Shown here piece after piece: positions 43,000 through 61,084 of a DNA stretch of 64,000 bases. Position numbers and translations under genes: made by a program. Under the pieces are notes generated by a model. The model saw nothing but the letters and a program-made list of their open reading frames with translations, did not search any database and was not told where the DNA came from. The number at the start of each line of letters is the position of its first letter. The stretch's first letter is position 1. Source of the stretch: the human T2T-CHM13v2.0 reference genome, Homo sapiens; NCBI RefSeq assembly GCF_009914755.1, contig NC_060938.1. One strand, written 5' to 3'.

Positions 43000-43980
43000 C
43001 ACTCCCTCCTTAATGAAGTAATTATCTTTCTTGGCACTTCTGTCTCCTAGTGTTCCTTTTAAACTATCTGTTTGCATTTTCTCCAGCTTCTTTGGTAGCT
43101 CTTTTTTTTTTTTTTTTTGGCCCAGTCATTAATTATCAGTATTATTCAGACTTCTCTCATAGATCTTCCATTCACACTCTATATTATGCATGAGCAAGAC
43201 CATCTATTAACAAGTCTTTCAAGTAAACCAAATCTATAACTCCAATCCATATCTTCTTCCTAAACTTCAGTTTTTTTTCCAATTGTCTGTTGTAGATCTT
43301 TTCTTAAATATTACACAAGTATCTCATACTCAACGTGACTAAAACTAAATTTATCATCTTAATTTACTCTTCTTCCATATTTCAAGGAGTAACATCACTA
43401 GCCACTGATTTGTCCAAACCAGAAATCTTTAGTGTTTATTATTCCTCATCCTACAAGCATTTTTATCATTCTAAAATACAAATCTAAACCTATCATACTC
43501 CTTTAATAACATTAACCCTTAAATGGCTCCTTATTATTCTTGTGTAAAGGCCCAACTCCTTAAAATTGCTTACTATTGGCTTCTGCTTATCTCTAGTTTT
43601 ACCTGGAATTCAGTGCACCAGCCATATGAACATTTCAATTTGCAAATAGTTCCCTCTTTCCCAAAATGCTGATTTCTCATTTCTTCCAAAACCTGGATAA
43701 CTCCTACTTATCCTACAGTTCTTTCAGGAAGCCTTCTATCACCTCCCAAATCTGAGCAAAGTGCCCCTCCCAAGTTCTTTTCTAGTATACTGTAGTTTCC
43801 CTACTTTATTGCAAGAGTATTTACAGTGTAGTGCTTTTCTGTCTTCTCCACTGTCCTCTCTACTCCACCCTAAGCATCTTGCAAGACCTCATCTATCTTG
43901 TTCCCTGATACCATTACCAGAATCTATCACCATGACTCTCTCTCAATAAGAGTTGATTGGATGACTGCATAAATAAATGA
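43000..43980 (+). mobile_element. Degraded L2 fragments
   Basis: Pyrimidine-rich L2-like text (atctcatactcaac...aaaact; ctctcaataa...gatgactgcataaataaatga); boundaries approximate. Confidence 0.6.
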
Positions 43981-44737
43981 GAGGAAGACCTTAAGCAGAC
44001 AGAGCAAGCAAAAGACAGCAGAATTGCTAAATAAGAAACCAGTATGGGAACAGAAAAGGAAAATAATGAACATTAGCAAAAACTCTAATATATTTATTGA
44101 AAATACTGGGGGTTTTGTTTGTTTGTTTGTTTGTTTGTTTGTTTGTTTGTTTTAACTGCTCCTTCTCTTCAAATTATCTCATGTATCCACTTTGGCCCTT
44201 ATCCCTTCATTCATTCTCACTACTGCCACCCAGGTTCTCGACTTATTACTACCTCTTGCCTGGAGTGTAAGTCAGACTTTTCAGTCTTATACCCCTTAAT
44301 TTGTCATAGATGGATAGGTCTTCTGGTTAGTTTTCTTGCATCTTACTATTAAGAAACATGAATTTTTATCTTTTTTATTATTCCCAGGAAAGAGGATTTT
44401 GAAATAATCCTTGGAGAAGTATGTTAATTTCTTATGCCTCCTATTTTTAGAAAAAAATTTCTGTTTATCTCTTGCTGCAACCTAATCCCTTATCATCTTG
44501 ATTGGCATTCACTGGATCTGACAATAGCTGCTTACCATCACTTAGATTACCTTTCTTTATATAACTAAGGATAATTAGCAATTGACTTCCATAAATATTT
44601 ATTGAGGTACTATTTATAAGCACTATTTTTCTCGACTTTTTTATCTAGTCTAAGTAAACCAACTTATTCAATTTTCCTTGCTATATCCTTATGTAGTTTA
44701 TTTACTAGGTTCTCGAAATTTAAAAAGAAAAAAATAT

Positions 44738-44838
44738 TTTAGAGATTGTATCTCACTATGTTGCCCAGACTGGATTTGAACTCCTGGGCTCAAGCAATCC
44801 TCCTGCCTCAATCTCCTGAGTAGCCATCATGCCTGGCT
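44738..44838 (-). mobile_element. AluJ/FLAM monomer fragment
   Basis: atgttgcccagactgg...gaactcctgggctcaagcaatcc. Confidence 0.8.
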
Positions 44839-46394
44839 TTCAAATATAATTTTTTTATTTGTGAAACCTATATTCCCAAAGTACTATTCGCTATTCAATT
44901 TAAATTTTGTCTTATTTCTCTTATTTTTCTCGGTTATCACCTTTTTATTTTATATGAAAAGTTGCATCATTCATTACTTTGAGTCAGGCTTTTTACCTTC
45001 CTCGTTGTCAACATTATAGCAGGTATTGCTAAGAAACATTAAGTTAATAGATAGGAAGCCCCAACCCTCATATCCTCATAGAGACACCAACTTAAAAGCA
45101 ATATATGGTCATAATAGCTTCATGAAAACTCCAGAAAAAAGGTTGTTGCAATACCCCCAAGCTGGCACAAAGCCAAGAATAGCCACATTGAAATGGATAA
45201 GAACTGTTTTACTTTACCTGTGATAGTCCCTCCTCCAAGTCAGCATAGCTTAGCATGATAAAGAGAAAACACCCTACTCATGGTTTCTTTCTGTGGGGGA
45301 AGAGTGGAAACATACATCCAATATTCTAGCTTTTCAGAGGACTGCCCAAATAACTGCCTTCTATCTCACTGCATTGATGGAACTACCACAGTTTGAATGC
45401 CTGAGGGCTACTGAAAGCCAGGGAGAGTGGAGGCAGCTTGCTGTAGTACCACAGGGCCTACAGTGCCACACACAGGCACCAGCACCTCTCAGTGCAATCT
45501 GGAGAAAGTGCCCAATTCTTGACTTTTCACTCAGGAGGGAGAGAGAAGAGTGGAACATGCATTAGGTGTTCTGACTTTTTGGAGGGCTACCAAGAGAATG
45601 GTTTCTCTGTTGCCTCACTGGGGTGGTAACAGAGAGCTGGTGTACTTTGGATGTCTGCGGGCCACTGAGAATAAGGAACAGTGATGGCTTGCTACAGCAG
45701 CACCACAGAGCCTCCAGTGCTGCAGACAGACACCATTGAGAGCAAGAGATTGCAAGCTCCTGACAGAGAAACCTGCAAACCTCTCTAATTGGGAAATTAC
45801 ATACACAGACCCAGAGAAGTCACATTCCCCCGCTTTCAAAAAGGTTTCAGAGGCCGCCTCAGAATTTCTAGCCAGGTTGATTGGTGAGAGTGTCCCCTAT
45901 ATAAGGCCAGTCTGTAAAGATTGGGAGACATGGCTGTTTCTCAAATGACTAAAACTCAGCAAAAAATCACAAAGCACACCAAGAAATCAGGATACATGCC
46001 CAATCAAAAGATCAAAGTAATTATCTAGAAACCAACCTCAAAGAAACAGAGATTTATGATTACCTGGCAAATAATTCAAAATAATTACCTTTAAAAAGGT
46101 CACTGATCTAAGAGAGAACACAAATGGACAACTAAACAAAATCAGGAAACCAATGAATGGACAAAATGAAGATTTCAACACAAAGTTAGAAACTATTAAA
46201 AAAGAACCAAAGAGAAATTCTGGAGCCAAAGGATACAATAACTGAATTGAAAAACTCACTAGAGGGGTTCAACAATTACTTGACCAATCAGAAGAGATCA
46301 ACAGCAAAATTGGAAGACAGGTCATTTGAAATTATTGTTAGAGGAGCAAAAAGAAAAAAAAGGAACAGAAAAGTAAAGCAAAGAAAGCCAAAGA

Positions 46395-46687
46395 GGCCAG
46401 GAGTGGTGGTTCACACCTGTAATCCCAACACTTTGGGAGGCCAAGGCAGGCGGATCACTTGAGTCCAGGGATTCGAGACTAGCCTGGCCAACATGGTGAA
46501 ACCCCATCTCTACTAAAAATAAAAAAAGTAGCCAGGCCTGGTGGTGCACACCTGTAATCCCAGCTACTCAGGAGGCTGAGGCAAAAGAATCGCTTGAACC
46601 CAGGAGGTGGAAGTTTCAGTGAGCCAAGATTACACCACTGCACTCCACCCTAGGCAACAGAGTGAGACCCTGACTCAAAAAAAAAAA
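46395..46687 (+). mobile_element. AluS inserted in L1 ORF1
   Basis: Dimeric Alu; TSD-like aagaaagccaaa / aagaatgccaaa. Confidence 0.93.
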
Positions 46688-49612
46688 GAATGCCAAAAAG
46701 ATTTATAAAATGCCATTTTGTGGACCAGTGTATACATTATGAGAGTTCCAGGAGAAAAGGGACACCAAACTTATTTGAAGAAATAATGGTCAAAAACTTC
46801 CCAAATTTGATGAAAGAAATGTACATCCAGACACTTGAAGTTCAAAGGATATAACTAAGGTGAATCCAAAGAGGCCCACACTAAGACATGTTATAATGAA
46901 ACTGTCAAAAATCAAGGGCAAAGAGAAAATTTGAAAGGAGCAAGAGAAAAGTAACTCATCATGTACAATGAAGTTCCCATAAGAATGTCATTGGATAAAC
47001 CTTACAGGTCAGAAGGGAGCAGTACGTTATATTCAAAGTGCTGAAGGAACAAAATCTGCCAGTGAGGAATACTGCATCCAGCAAAACTGTCCTTTCAAAA
47101 ATGAAAAAAGAAAGACTTTCCCGGGCAAACAAAACCTAAGGGAGTTCATCACAACTAGACCTGGCTTACAAGAAATGCTAAAGAGAGTCCTGCAAGTTGA
47201 CATGAAAGGACTCTAGACAACAACATGAAAGTTTATGAAAAACACAAAGCTCACTGGTAAAGGAAAATATATATATATACAAATTCAGAATACTATATTA
47301 CTATAATGGTGGCATGTAAATCACATGTAACACTGTGGGGATGGAAAATGTAAATGAGTAGACTTTTATATATGATTGATAGATTGTTCTGTTTCATGTA
47401 AGTCTCATGGTAATTACAAAGAAAATGCTTATAGAAGATACAGAAAAGAAAATGAGAAAGTAATCAAAGCATATCGATAATGCAAAGGAAGACAGCAAGA
47501 GGGAAAAAGAGGGACTAAATAGCTACAAGACGGACAGAAAACAACATGTGCCAATAATAAGGCCTTTAAGTGTAATTGGATTAAACTCCCCAGTAAAAAG
47601 ACAAAGTGAATTAATGGATTAAAGAAACAAGATGCAATTATATTCTGTCTACAAGAGACTCATGCTAGATGTAAAGACACATATAGGCTGAAAATGAAAG
47701 GACAGAAAAAGATATTACTTCATGCAAATTATAATCAAAAGAGAGCAGTGGTGGCCATAGTTATATCAGACAAAATATAGACTTTAGGTTAAAAGCTGTC
47801 ACAAGAGACAAAGAAGAATATTATACTGAAAGAACAGAAATATATAACAATTATAAATTAAAATCCAGCTAACATTAGAGCACCCAAATATAAGAAGTAA
47901 ACATTGACAGGCGTGAAGGGAGAATAGACAATAACACAATAATGGTAGGAGATTTCAATATTCTACTTTGGATAATGGATAGAACAACCAAAAAGATTAA
48001 TAAGGAAACAGAGAACTTGAACACTGTTGACCAATTAGATCTAACAGAATATTCCACCCAACAATAGTAAAATACACATTCTTTCCTAGCATACATGGAA
48101 TATTCTGTAGGATAGACCACATATTAGGCTAAAAAACAAGTCTTAACAAAGTTAGGAAGACTGAAACCTATGAGATCTTAGTGGACTGAAACTAGACATC
48201 AATAGCAGTAGGAAAACTGGAAGATACACAAATATGTGAAAATTAAATGAGACACTCTTGAACAACCAGTAGGTCAAAGGAAAAAAAAATGAGAGAAATT
48301 AGAAATATCTTGAGGCAAAAACACAACACACCAAAACTTATGAATTGCAGCAAAAGCAATACTAAGAGAGAAGTTTATATTAGTGGCATGTACTTTAATG
48401 AGGGGGAAAGACCTCAAATCAGCAACCTAACTTTTTACCTCAAGGAATGAGAAATAGAATAAACTAAATCAAAAGTTAGGAGAAAGAAGGAAATAATAAA
48501 GATCAGAGCAGAAATAAACAAAATAGAGAATAAAAATACTAGGAAAAAAAGCAATGAAACTAAGAGTAGGATTCTCTAAAATACCAACAAAATTGACAAA
48601 CTCTTAGCTAGACAGACAGAAGACTCAAAATAACTAAAATCAGAAATAAAAGGAGACATTGCAACTGATGCTTCGGAAATAGAGATGATAAGAGACTGCT
48701 ATATACAATTATATGCCAACAAATTGAATCACCTAGAAGAAGTGGATAAATTCCTAGAAACACAACCTTGGTGTTCAGTCACAGTCTTGGTGACTGAATT
48801 ATGGAGAAATAGAAAATCTAAACATATCTATAACCATTAAGGATATTGAATCAGTAATCAAAAACCTCCCCATAAAGAAAACCTCCCAATAAAGTAAAAC
48901 CCATGACCAGATGGCTTCACTAGAGAATTCTACCAAGCATTTAAAGAAGAATTGGTACCAGTTCTTCTCAAAATATTCCAAACACTTGAAGAAGAAGGAA
49001 TACTTCCAAAATAAATTTATTAGGCAACATTACCCTGATACGAATAGAAAAAATACAACAATAAAAAAGATAACTGATAAAAAAAATTGATGCAAAAATC
49101 CTCAACAAAATACTAGGAAACCAAATTGGATTATACACTTCAGCCATGTGGGATTTATCCCTGGAATGCAAGGATCATTCAATGCATGAAAATCAATAAA
49201 TGTAATGTATCACATTAACAGAACATGGAATGAAAATCACATGATCATCTCAAAAGGTGCAGAAAATGCATTTTAGAAAATTCAGCAACCTTTCGTGATA
49301 TAACAATCAGCAAACTAGAAACAGAAGGAAATTACCTCAATATAATAAAGGTCATTTATGAAAAGCTCATAACATAACATACTAAATGGTGAAAAACTGG
49401 AAGCTTTTTTTTTTTAAGATCAAGAACAAAGCAAAGATGCTCATTTTTGCCACTTCTTTTTAGTATAATACTGGAAGTTCTAATCAAAGCAGCTAGGCAA
49501 TGAAAAGAAAGAAAATGCATCCCAAATGGAAAGAAAGAAGTAAAATTATCTCTGTTTCCAGATGACATGATCTTATGTAGAAAACTCTGAAAATTCCACT
49601 TATATACATACA

Positions 49613-49613
49613 T

Positions 49614-49656
<43 letters not shown>
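49613..49656 (+). repeat. (CA)n microsatellite
   Basis: Seen directly. Confidence 0.95.
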
Positions 49657-49659
<3 letters not shown>

Positions 49660-52610
49660 AAACACTAACTGTTAAAGCTAATACAAGAAGCCAGTAAAAT
49701 TGCAGGGGTACAAAGTCAACAATAAAAAATCAATTGCATTTTTATACACTAACAGTGAATGATTAACAATCTGAAAAAGAAATTAAGAAAATCCCATTTA
49801 CAATAGCATCAGAAAGAATAAAATACTTAGGAATAAACTTAATGGAGAAAATGAAAGACTTGTGCAGTGAAAACCACAAATCATTGCTGAATAAAGTTAA
49901 AGACACAGTAAATGGAAAGATACCTGGATTCATGGATGGAAAGACACAATATTGTTAAAATATCCATACTACCCAAAGGAATCTACAAATTCAAGGCAAT
50001 CCCTATCAAAATACCACTGACATTTTTTATAGAAATAGAAAGTACCACCCTAAAATTCATATAGAATTTCAGAGGTCCTGGGACAACCAAAATAATCTTG
50101 AAAAAGAAGAACAAAGCTGGAAGTCTTACATCTCTTGATTTCAAAACATATTACAAAGTTACAGTAATCAAAAAAGTCTGGAACTGGCATAAAGACAGAC
50201 ATATAAACTAATGTAACAGAATATAGAGCCCAGAAATACATGTTCGTGTATATGGTCAAATGATCTTTGAAGATGGTGCCAAGACCATTCAATGGGGAAA
50301 GGGCAGTCTCTTCAATAAACGTTGTTGGGAAAACAGCTATTCTCTTTGCAAAAGAACGAAGACAGACCCTTATCTTATACCATGCACAAAAATTACCTCA
50401 AAATGGATTAAAGATCTAATAGTTAAGTCTAATAGGTAAGACCTGAAACTATGAAACTCACAGAAGGAAATATGCAGAAAAACTTTATGACATTGAAATG
50501 GGAAACGATCTCTTGGATATGATACCAAAAAGCACAGACAACTTATACAAATGTAGACAAATGAGACTACCTCAAATTTAAATATTTTCTGCATCAAAGG
50601 AAACAATCAGCAGAGTAAAATGGCAACAACAGAATGGGAAAAAATAATTGCAAATCATATATCTGATAAGGGGTTAATATCCAGAATATATAAAGAACCC
50701 CTACAACTCAGCAACAAAAAAAATCAAATATCCCAATTTAAAAATGGGGAAAGGACTTGAATAGACATAACTCAAAGAAGATATACAAATGGCCAACACA
50801 CATATGAAAAGCTGCTCAATGTCACTAATCATCAGGGAAATACAAATTTAAATCACAGTGAGATACCACCTAACACCATTAGGATGACTACTAAAAAAAA
50901 AAAAAAATAGAAAATAACAAGTATTGGTGATCATAGGGAGAAATTGGAACCCTTGTGCCCTGTTGGTAGGTTTGTGAAATGTTGCAGCTGCTACAGAAAA
51001 TAGTATGGCGTTTCTTCAAAAAATTAAAAATAGAACTTTCATATGATCTGTCAGTCTCACTTCTGGGTATATATCCAAAAGAATTGAAAATAGCATCTCA
51101 AAAAACTACTTACACACCTGTGTTCATCACAGCATTATCTACAATAGCCAAGATATGAAAGTAATCTTAATGTTCATTAACAGATGAGGGGATAGGCAAA
51201 ATATGGTCTATTTATACAATGAAATATTATTGAGCCTCCAAAAAATAAGGAAATCCTGTCATATGCTACAACATGGATGAACCTTCAGGACATAATGCTA
51301 AGTGAAATAAACTAATCACCAAAAACTAATACTTCATGGTTCTACTTATATGAGACATCTAAAGTAATTGAACTCATAGAAAGTAGAATGGTGGTTGCCA
51401 GGGGCTGGGAGGAGAGGGAAATAGGGAATTAGCCAATGGATGTAAAGCTTCATTCACACAAAATGAGAAAGTTCTAGCAATCAGTTGTACAATAATATGC
51501 ATATATTGTTAATTCTGTTAAATTTTTTAACATAAATACTTAAAAATTGTTTAAGAGGGTTACAAAATGTATATAGATTAAGCATCTGGAAAATGTATTA
51601 AAAAGTTAAGTTAATCATTGATCATAGAATTATCCTGGAATGGACATATATTGTCCTTCAGTGTCTCTTTTTTGTGATGTGTATATGTTACCATTCTATG
51701 TGTAACAAGTGAATTACTGATTCTCATTATTAGATTCACCACCTACATACCAATGGCTTTCTATTTTAAGCCTGACTTCTCTTCCAAGCTCCAGATTCTC
51801 CTTGCTGTTGTGTACTGGAATCACCCTTTGATGTCCTGCTGGCATCTCACATTTCTTTCATCAGAAACCAGATTTAGGATCCTTTCCTCCAAATTATTCC
51901 TGTATTGTTCTTTTATACAATTACACTCCCACTTACTCTAATAACTAAATTTGAAATCTCCTCATGATATTACCATCTCCTTCTCAAAGCATAGTCAGTC
52001 AGTCATGGAACCCTCTGCTGCAGCTCTTCTAAATATCCTTTTTCCCATTCTTGTTGTAATAGTTCAGGCCTTCTGCATCATTCTCCTTTGGGATTGCAGT
52101 AGCATAATAATTGCTCTTCCTATCTTCAGTCTCTTGCTCCCTGACAGTCTTCCATCAGTCAAGTATTACATTTTAAAGTACATACTACTTTTCTACTGAA
52201 AATCTTGAATAGTTCTCCATTTTCCATAGTACTAAGCCTCCAGAATTTGTCCTGAACTGAATTGACCAGCCTTATACCTTATATTTCATCCTCTTCACCT
52301 CCAACCTCCAGCTTCATTGGGCAATTTCGCATTCTCTAAAAGTACTTTCAGATCTTTGTAATTTTGTTCATATTTTCTCCAGTTTCATATGTTCTTCTCC
52401 CTTTTCTCATTGTTTAAAGATCCCCCCTGTAAAGCCTTATAGTTTGTCCCATCAGAATTAGCTGTTGCTTTTTCTTTGTTATCTTACATAGTGTTTTGTT
52501 TGTACTTTAAAACATAAGCATACACATAGTCTGTTATTTTTTCCTTAAAACACAGCCTGATTTGTGTGTTCCTTGAAAGACTGTGTAAGATAGGAATCTC
52601 ATCTGGTTTA

Positions 52611-52927
<317 letters not shown>

Positions 52928-53274
52928 TCACTGTGTTTAACAAAGTGCCCTATATTGACCAGAATAAAGTTTGAAGTTGTAAGTAGTGTTTGCTTATCTA
53001 TACAACCGTTCTACTTTGTCAGTCTATATAATCTAGACTGTACTGTGTGCATAACATCTTTGGACCTTGATGTTAAGGCCTTTTTTTCTTCCTCAAAGAG
53101 GTGATAATCTAGTTAAGAAAATGGACATGTATATAAATAAGTATAATTACTGTGAGATATGTGGTTAATATAATATGCAATTAGAAGTCCTAAAAATTGA
53201 GTATTTTATAGTACCTCAGTGCAAAAATAGACATACGTGCATTGTTTCAGAAAGGAGAGACTATTGATGAAAGT

Positions 53275-54240
53275 GATTTTTGAAATTTTGAAATAATTTC
53301 AAACTTCAGAAATGTTACAAGAATAGTATAGAGAATTCCTGTATATCTTTCATCCAGACTCCCCCAAATGTTAACATTTTGTCACATTTCCTTTATCATT
53401 TCTCTCTATAAATTAATATACATATTATCCCAAACTACTTGTGAGTAAATTGCAGACATGATGCCTCTTTACCCCTAAATAATTTAATGTGTATTTCCTT
53501 CCAAAAAAATCTGGAGGGATGGCAAATAAAAAAGACTTTCTCTTACATAACCACAGTACAATTATGAAAATTAGGAAATGAACATTGCCACAATACTATT
53601 ATGTAATCTTATTCAAATTACATTTTGTCAGTTTTTCTAATAATGTTCTTTATAACAAAGGAGACAACATTCTTCTGATCTGGGATTCAATCCAGAATCA
53701 TGCGTTACATTTAGTTATCCTGTCTCTGTAGACTCCTTTAATATGGAACAAGTCTTCAAGTTTGTCTTTGTCTTTCATTACCTTTATATTTTTGAAGCAT
53801 ATAGCTCAGTTATTTTGTACAATGTCCCTCAAATTTATATTTTTCTCAGGTTTCTTAATGGTTTAATTCTTGTTATACATTTGGTCAGGAATATCTCAAA
53901 TGTGATGTTGTATCTTTCTCAGTGCATCTTATCAGGGGGCTCATGATGTCAGTTTATCCTATTACTGGTGATATTAACTTTGATCACTTGGCTAAAAGGG
54001 TGTCTGCGAGATTTCTCCACTGTAGTTAATGAGTACAGTTAATAAATATCTTGTAGGGATATACTTTGAGACCAGACAAATATGTTTTGTTTTTCTTGAG
54101 GCTTTTACCTTCTAGTCTTAGCATTAACTGATTATTTTTCCCTAAACCAATTATTACTAGATGGTTGCCAAGTGGTGATTTTCTAATTCCAATATTTCTT
54201 CATGTAACAGCTGACCTTCTGTTATAAGGAAGAATTTATT
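53275..54240 (-). mobile_element. L1MC4/5-like 3' end, first part
   Basis: ttttgaaataatttcaaact...aatgttaacattttg...taaattgcagacatgatg recalled as an L1MC 3' UTR. Confidence 0.8.
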
Positions 54241-54325
54241 CTCAGGCCAGCATATTTTCAAAATGAGAAAGGCATCATAGCTCTACTTTGGGCCTTATTG
54301 GTATTTGCCCAAAATACAAACACTT

Positions 54326-57490
<3,165 letters not shown>

Positions 57491-57852
57491 TTAATATTCC
57501 CAGAAACAATGCCTTAGCCCGTGTTTGTTCGTTTTGTTTTGTTGGTATTTTTTCTTTTTCTTATTTCTTTCCAGGTGAAGTAGAATTCACCAATTTTTAG
57601 GAAGATGTATATTTTCCCCAGGACATGTTAGCTGGTGTTTTCTTCTGTTGTTGACTAGCACTTTTCTGAATCTCTCAAGGTATAGCAAGAGCCGGTTGAT
57701 GTAAACTATACTTTATAACATCTTATTTTCCAGAACTCCATGAGTGCTGCTGCTGCTTTTGTTGTTGTTGTTGTTTTAAAAGCATACCCCAGCCACCGTT
57801 TATGGCATCAAAAGCATTATAAAATATGTGTAATTATTTCTTGAGTACCCCC

Positions 57853-58015
57853 TTCCTCCTCCTCCTCCTCCTCCTGTCTCCCTCTCTCTGTCTCTCTCTC
57901 TGTCTTTCTCTCTGTCTCTCTCTGTCTCTCTCGTCTCTGTCTCTCTGTTGGTGTGTCTCTGTCTGTCTCTGTCTCTCTCTCTCTGTCTCTCTTGCTCTCC
58001 CTCCCTCTCTTTCTT
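57853..58015 (+). repeat. CT/CTGT low-complexity tract
   Basis: Seen directly. Confidence 0.95.
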
Positions 58016-58472
58016 TTTAAAATAAGCTCAGGTAGATCTAATCCATTTCCAAGGCCTGAATTCTTAACTTTAGAAACCCCAGATTTCATCTCCATACAGA
58101 ATCCTGTACAAAACTGACGAGTTGATTTCTGGACTTGGATGCCTAATAGGTATTACCTATTAATAAAGACCCAACCCTAAAATCTGGGTTTGCTTCTCCC
58201 TTGACTCACCTGTGATCCAGACTTACCGTCTCAATAAATTGTACCACTGTTCACCTAGGATTCTGGGAGGATTTTCCCAATCTGTATTTCCCCGTGTCCT
58301 AAAGGACCCATGACCAAGCCCTGTCCGTTCTGTCTCAAATATGTATCTCCAAACACTTCTCTCAATTTCCACAACTACCCGCAGCCCCTTGTGGAACAAC
58401 TGGCTCTTTGAAAAACATCCCAGAAGTTGTTTCAGCTTTTTGCTATGAGGCCTAAGCCTGAGGCCTAAGACG

Positions 58473-58975
58473 CTCTCTGTCTCTTTTTCTCTATCTCTGT
58501 CTCCCTCTCTGTCTCTCTCTCTGTGTCTCTCTCTCTTGTCTTTCTGTCTTTGTCTCTCTCTGTCTCTGTCTCTCTCTGTCTCTGTTTCTCTGTCTCTCTG
58601 TGTGTGTCTGTCTTTGTCTTTCTCTGTCTGTCTCTCTCTGTGTATTTGTCTCTCTGTGTGTGTCTCTCTCTGTCTCTCTGTCTCCCCCTCTGTCTCAGTG
58701 TCTGTCTGTCTCTCTGTCTCTGTCTGTGTCTCTGTCTCTCTCCATCTGTCCATCTCTCTCTGCCTCTGTCTCTCTCTCTCTGTCTCTCCCTCTCTTGGTC
58801 TCAGTGTCTCTCTCTGTCTCTGTCTCTCTCTCTCTGTCTGTCTCTCTCTCTCTGTCCATCTCTCTGTCTCTGTCTCTCTTTCTCTGTCACTGTCTCTCTC
58901 TCTGTGCATCTGTCTCTTTCTCTCTCTGTGTGTGTGTCTCTCTCTCTGTCTCTCTCCTTTCCTCTCTTTCTTTTT
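58473..58975 (+). repeat. ~500-bp CT/CTGT low-complexity tract
   Basis: Seen directly; it accounts for the ER-rich and SL-rich ORFs. Confidence 0.95.
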
Positions 58976-59201
58976 AAAATAAGTTCAGGTAGATCTAATT
59001 CATTTTCAAGGCCTGAATTCTTAACTTTAGAAACCCCAGATTTGATCTACATACAGAATCCTGTACAGAACTGGCAAGTTGGTTTCTGGACTTGGATACC
59101 TCATAGATATTACATATTAATAGAGACCCAACCCTAAAATCTGGGTTTGCTTCTCCCTTGACTCAGCTGTGACCCAGACATTCTATCTCGATTTTTTTTT
59201 A

Positions 59202-59405
59202 AAGGAAGAATTTATTTAAATCATTTTTATATTTAGTATATATTCATAAATTCTTATTTTATTTTATTAAATAGATTAAAATATGTTACTGTTCTAATTT
59301 ATGTTGATGATAAATTTGTATCAGATTTAGCCAAAGGGAGCTCTTCAATCTTGTTCCAAGATCCTTTTGACATGTTCCTATCATTATTTGAGCACTTTCT
59401 TACTG
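59202..59405 (-). mobile_element. L1MC4/5-like continuation of the element broken at 54240
   Basis: cagatttagccaaagggagctcttcaa...ccttttgacatg...tttgagcactttcttact follows aaggaaga in the recalled L1MC consensus. Confidence 0.7.
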
Positions 59406-60366
59406 AAAACAGTTGTGAAGGAAGAGTTGTAATTTCCCAGGAAAATAAAAGGATGAGAGAAAAATTACTCTAGGCAGAAACAGCATCATATGCTATGGCA
59501 GAAAACTATGAAATAGTACAGTGTATTCTGATATCTACAATATTATCAATTTTCTGAGTGATGGAATAATGAGAGATGAGACTGAAAGGAAAGCAAATAA
59601 GGGTTTTATATACTATTCTAAGGAACTGAAATTTTATCCTGTAAGTGATAATCAACTATTGATATAAATTATGAAGCTAACATTTTGGGACAGCAATGCC
59701 TATTTTATCATCTTTATGTACAGAAATCTCAGGAGAACTTCCATATTTTTTAATCAGCCCTAGTAAATAATAATTCTTTCAGCTATGCTTTTTTGGTTTT
59801 GTCAGAAATGCTTTGAGGCTCATTGTCTTGAATAAGCAAGTAGAAAAGTTGTAAAACTATTAGATTGAAGACAATATGAAAATTATTTTCAGATGTACAA
59901 AGTGCCCTGTAGTCCTGAGCCTACAAACTCTACCATTGCCAGTGTTTCCCTAGAGCTTTGGAACCACTTTCTCCTAATTGGAGAGAGTTATATGAAAGTC
60001 TAAATGCTTTGTATATCTGAACACACATTCTTTAAATTACCAAGGACCCTAACTATTTAAGCTGACCATATTACTATTACCTATCTTTGCTCTTTAAGTT
60101 TCCTAGGAAAGCTATTCCTTATCTTAGGCGGTTTGCTCTTCAGAAAGATCCAGGAAATAGAAATACAAGGAATTGAAGCTGCAAATACCATGTGGAATAG
60201 AGGCAGTAATATTAATAGGAACAGAACAAGTCTCCTGATATTTGCAGTATATCCAAAAAATGAATAATGATTTACACTTTATGTAGTTTAGGGAGCTTTT
60301 CTACTGCTTGTTTTGAAAAATGAAGTTTCTTGAGGTTCTGAATTTAATCAAGAAGGACCTGCATGA

Positions 60367-60787
<421 letters not shown>

Positions 60788-60823
60788 ATTTCCTTTTCAT
60801 TTTAAAAATGGATTTTCAGGGAA

Positions 60824-61084
60824 GGCCGGTCATGGTGGCTCACACCTGTAATCCTAACACTTTGGGAGGCCAGGGGTTTGAAACCAGTCTGAGCAACATA
60901 GGGAGACCCCATCTGTGCAAAACATCAGAAAATTAGCCAGGTATGGTGGTGTGCACCTGTGGTGCCAGCTACTCGATGGGGTGAGACAGGAGGATCATTT
61001 GAGCCAGCAGGTCAAAGTTGCAGTGAGCCGTGATCACGCAACTGCACTCCAGCCTGAGCAACAAAGCCAGACCCTGTCTCAAAA
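60824..61084 (+). mobile_element. AluJ with a left-arm deletion
   Basis: ggccggtcatggtggctcacacc...gaccctgtctcaaaa. Confidence 0.88.

Larger units (their letters stand above)
45050..51560 (+). mobile_element. Near full-length, decayed old L1 (L1MA/L1MB-type): 5' UTR, ORF1, ORF2 and 3' UTR remnants
   Basis: Collinear ORF1-like (46038-47200) and ORF2-like (47550-51300) sequence; 3' UTR tagaatggtggttgccaggggctgggag; contains an Alu and a (CA)n run. Confidence 0.9.

Noticed and set aside
57817-59137. Long ORFs (228, 204, 148 and 125 aa) rich in ER or SL/CL
   Set aside because: They are translations of CT/CTGT low-complexity tracts that lack stop codons.
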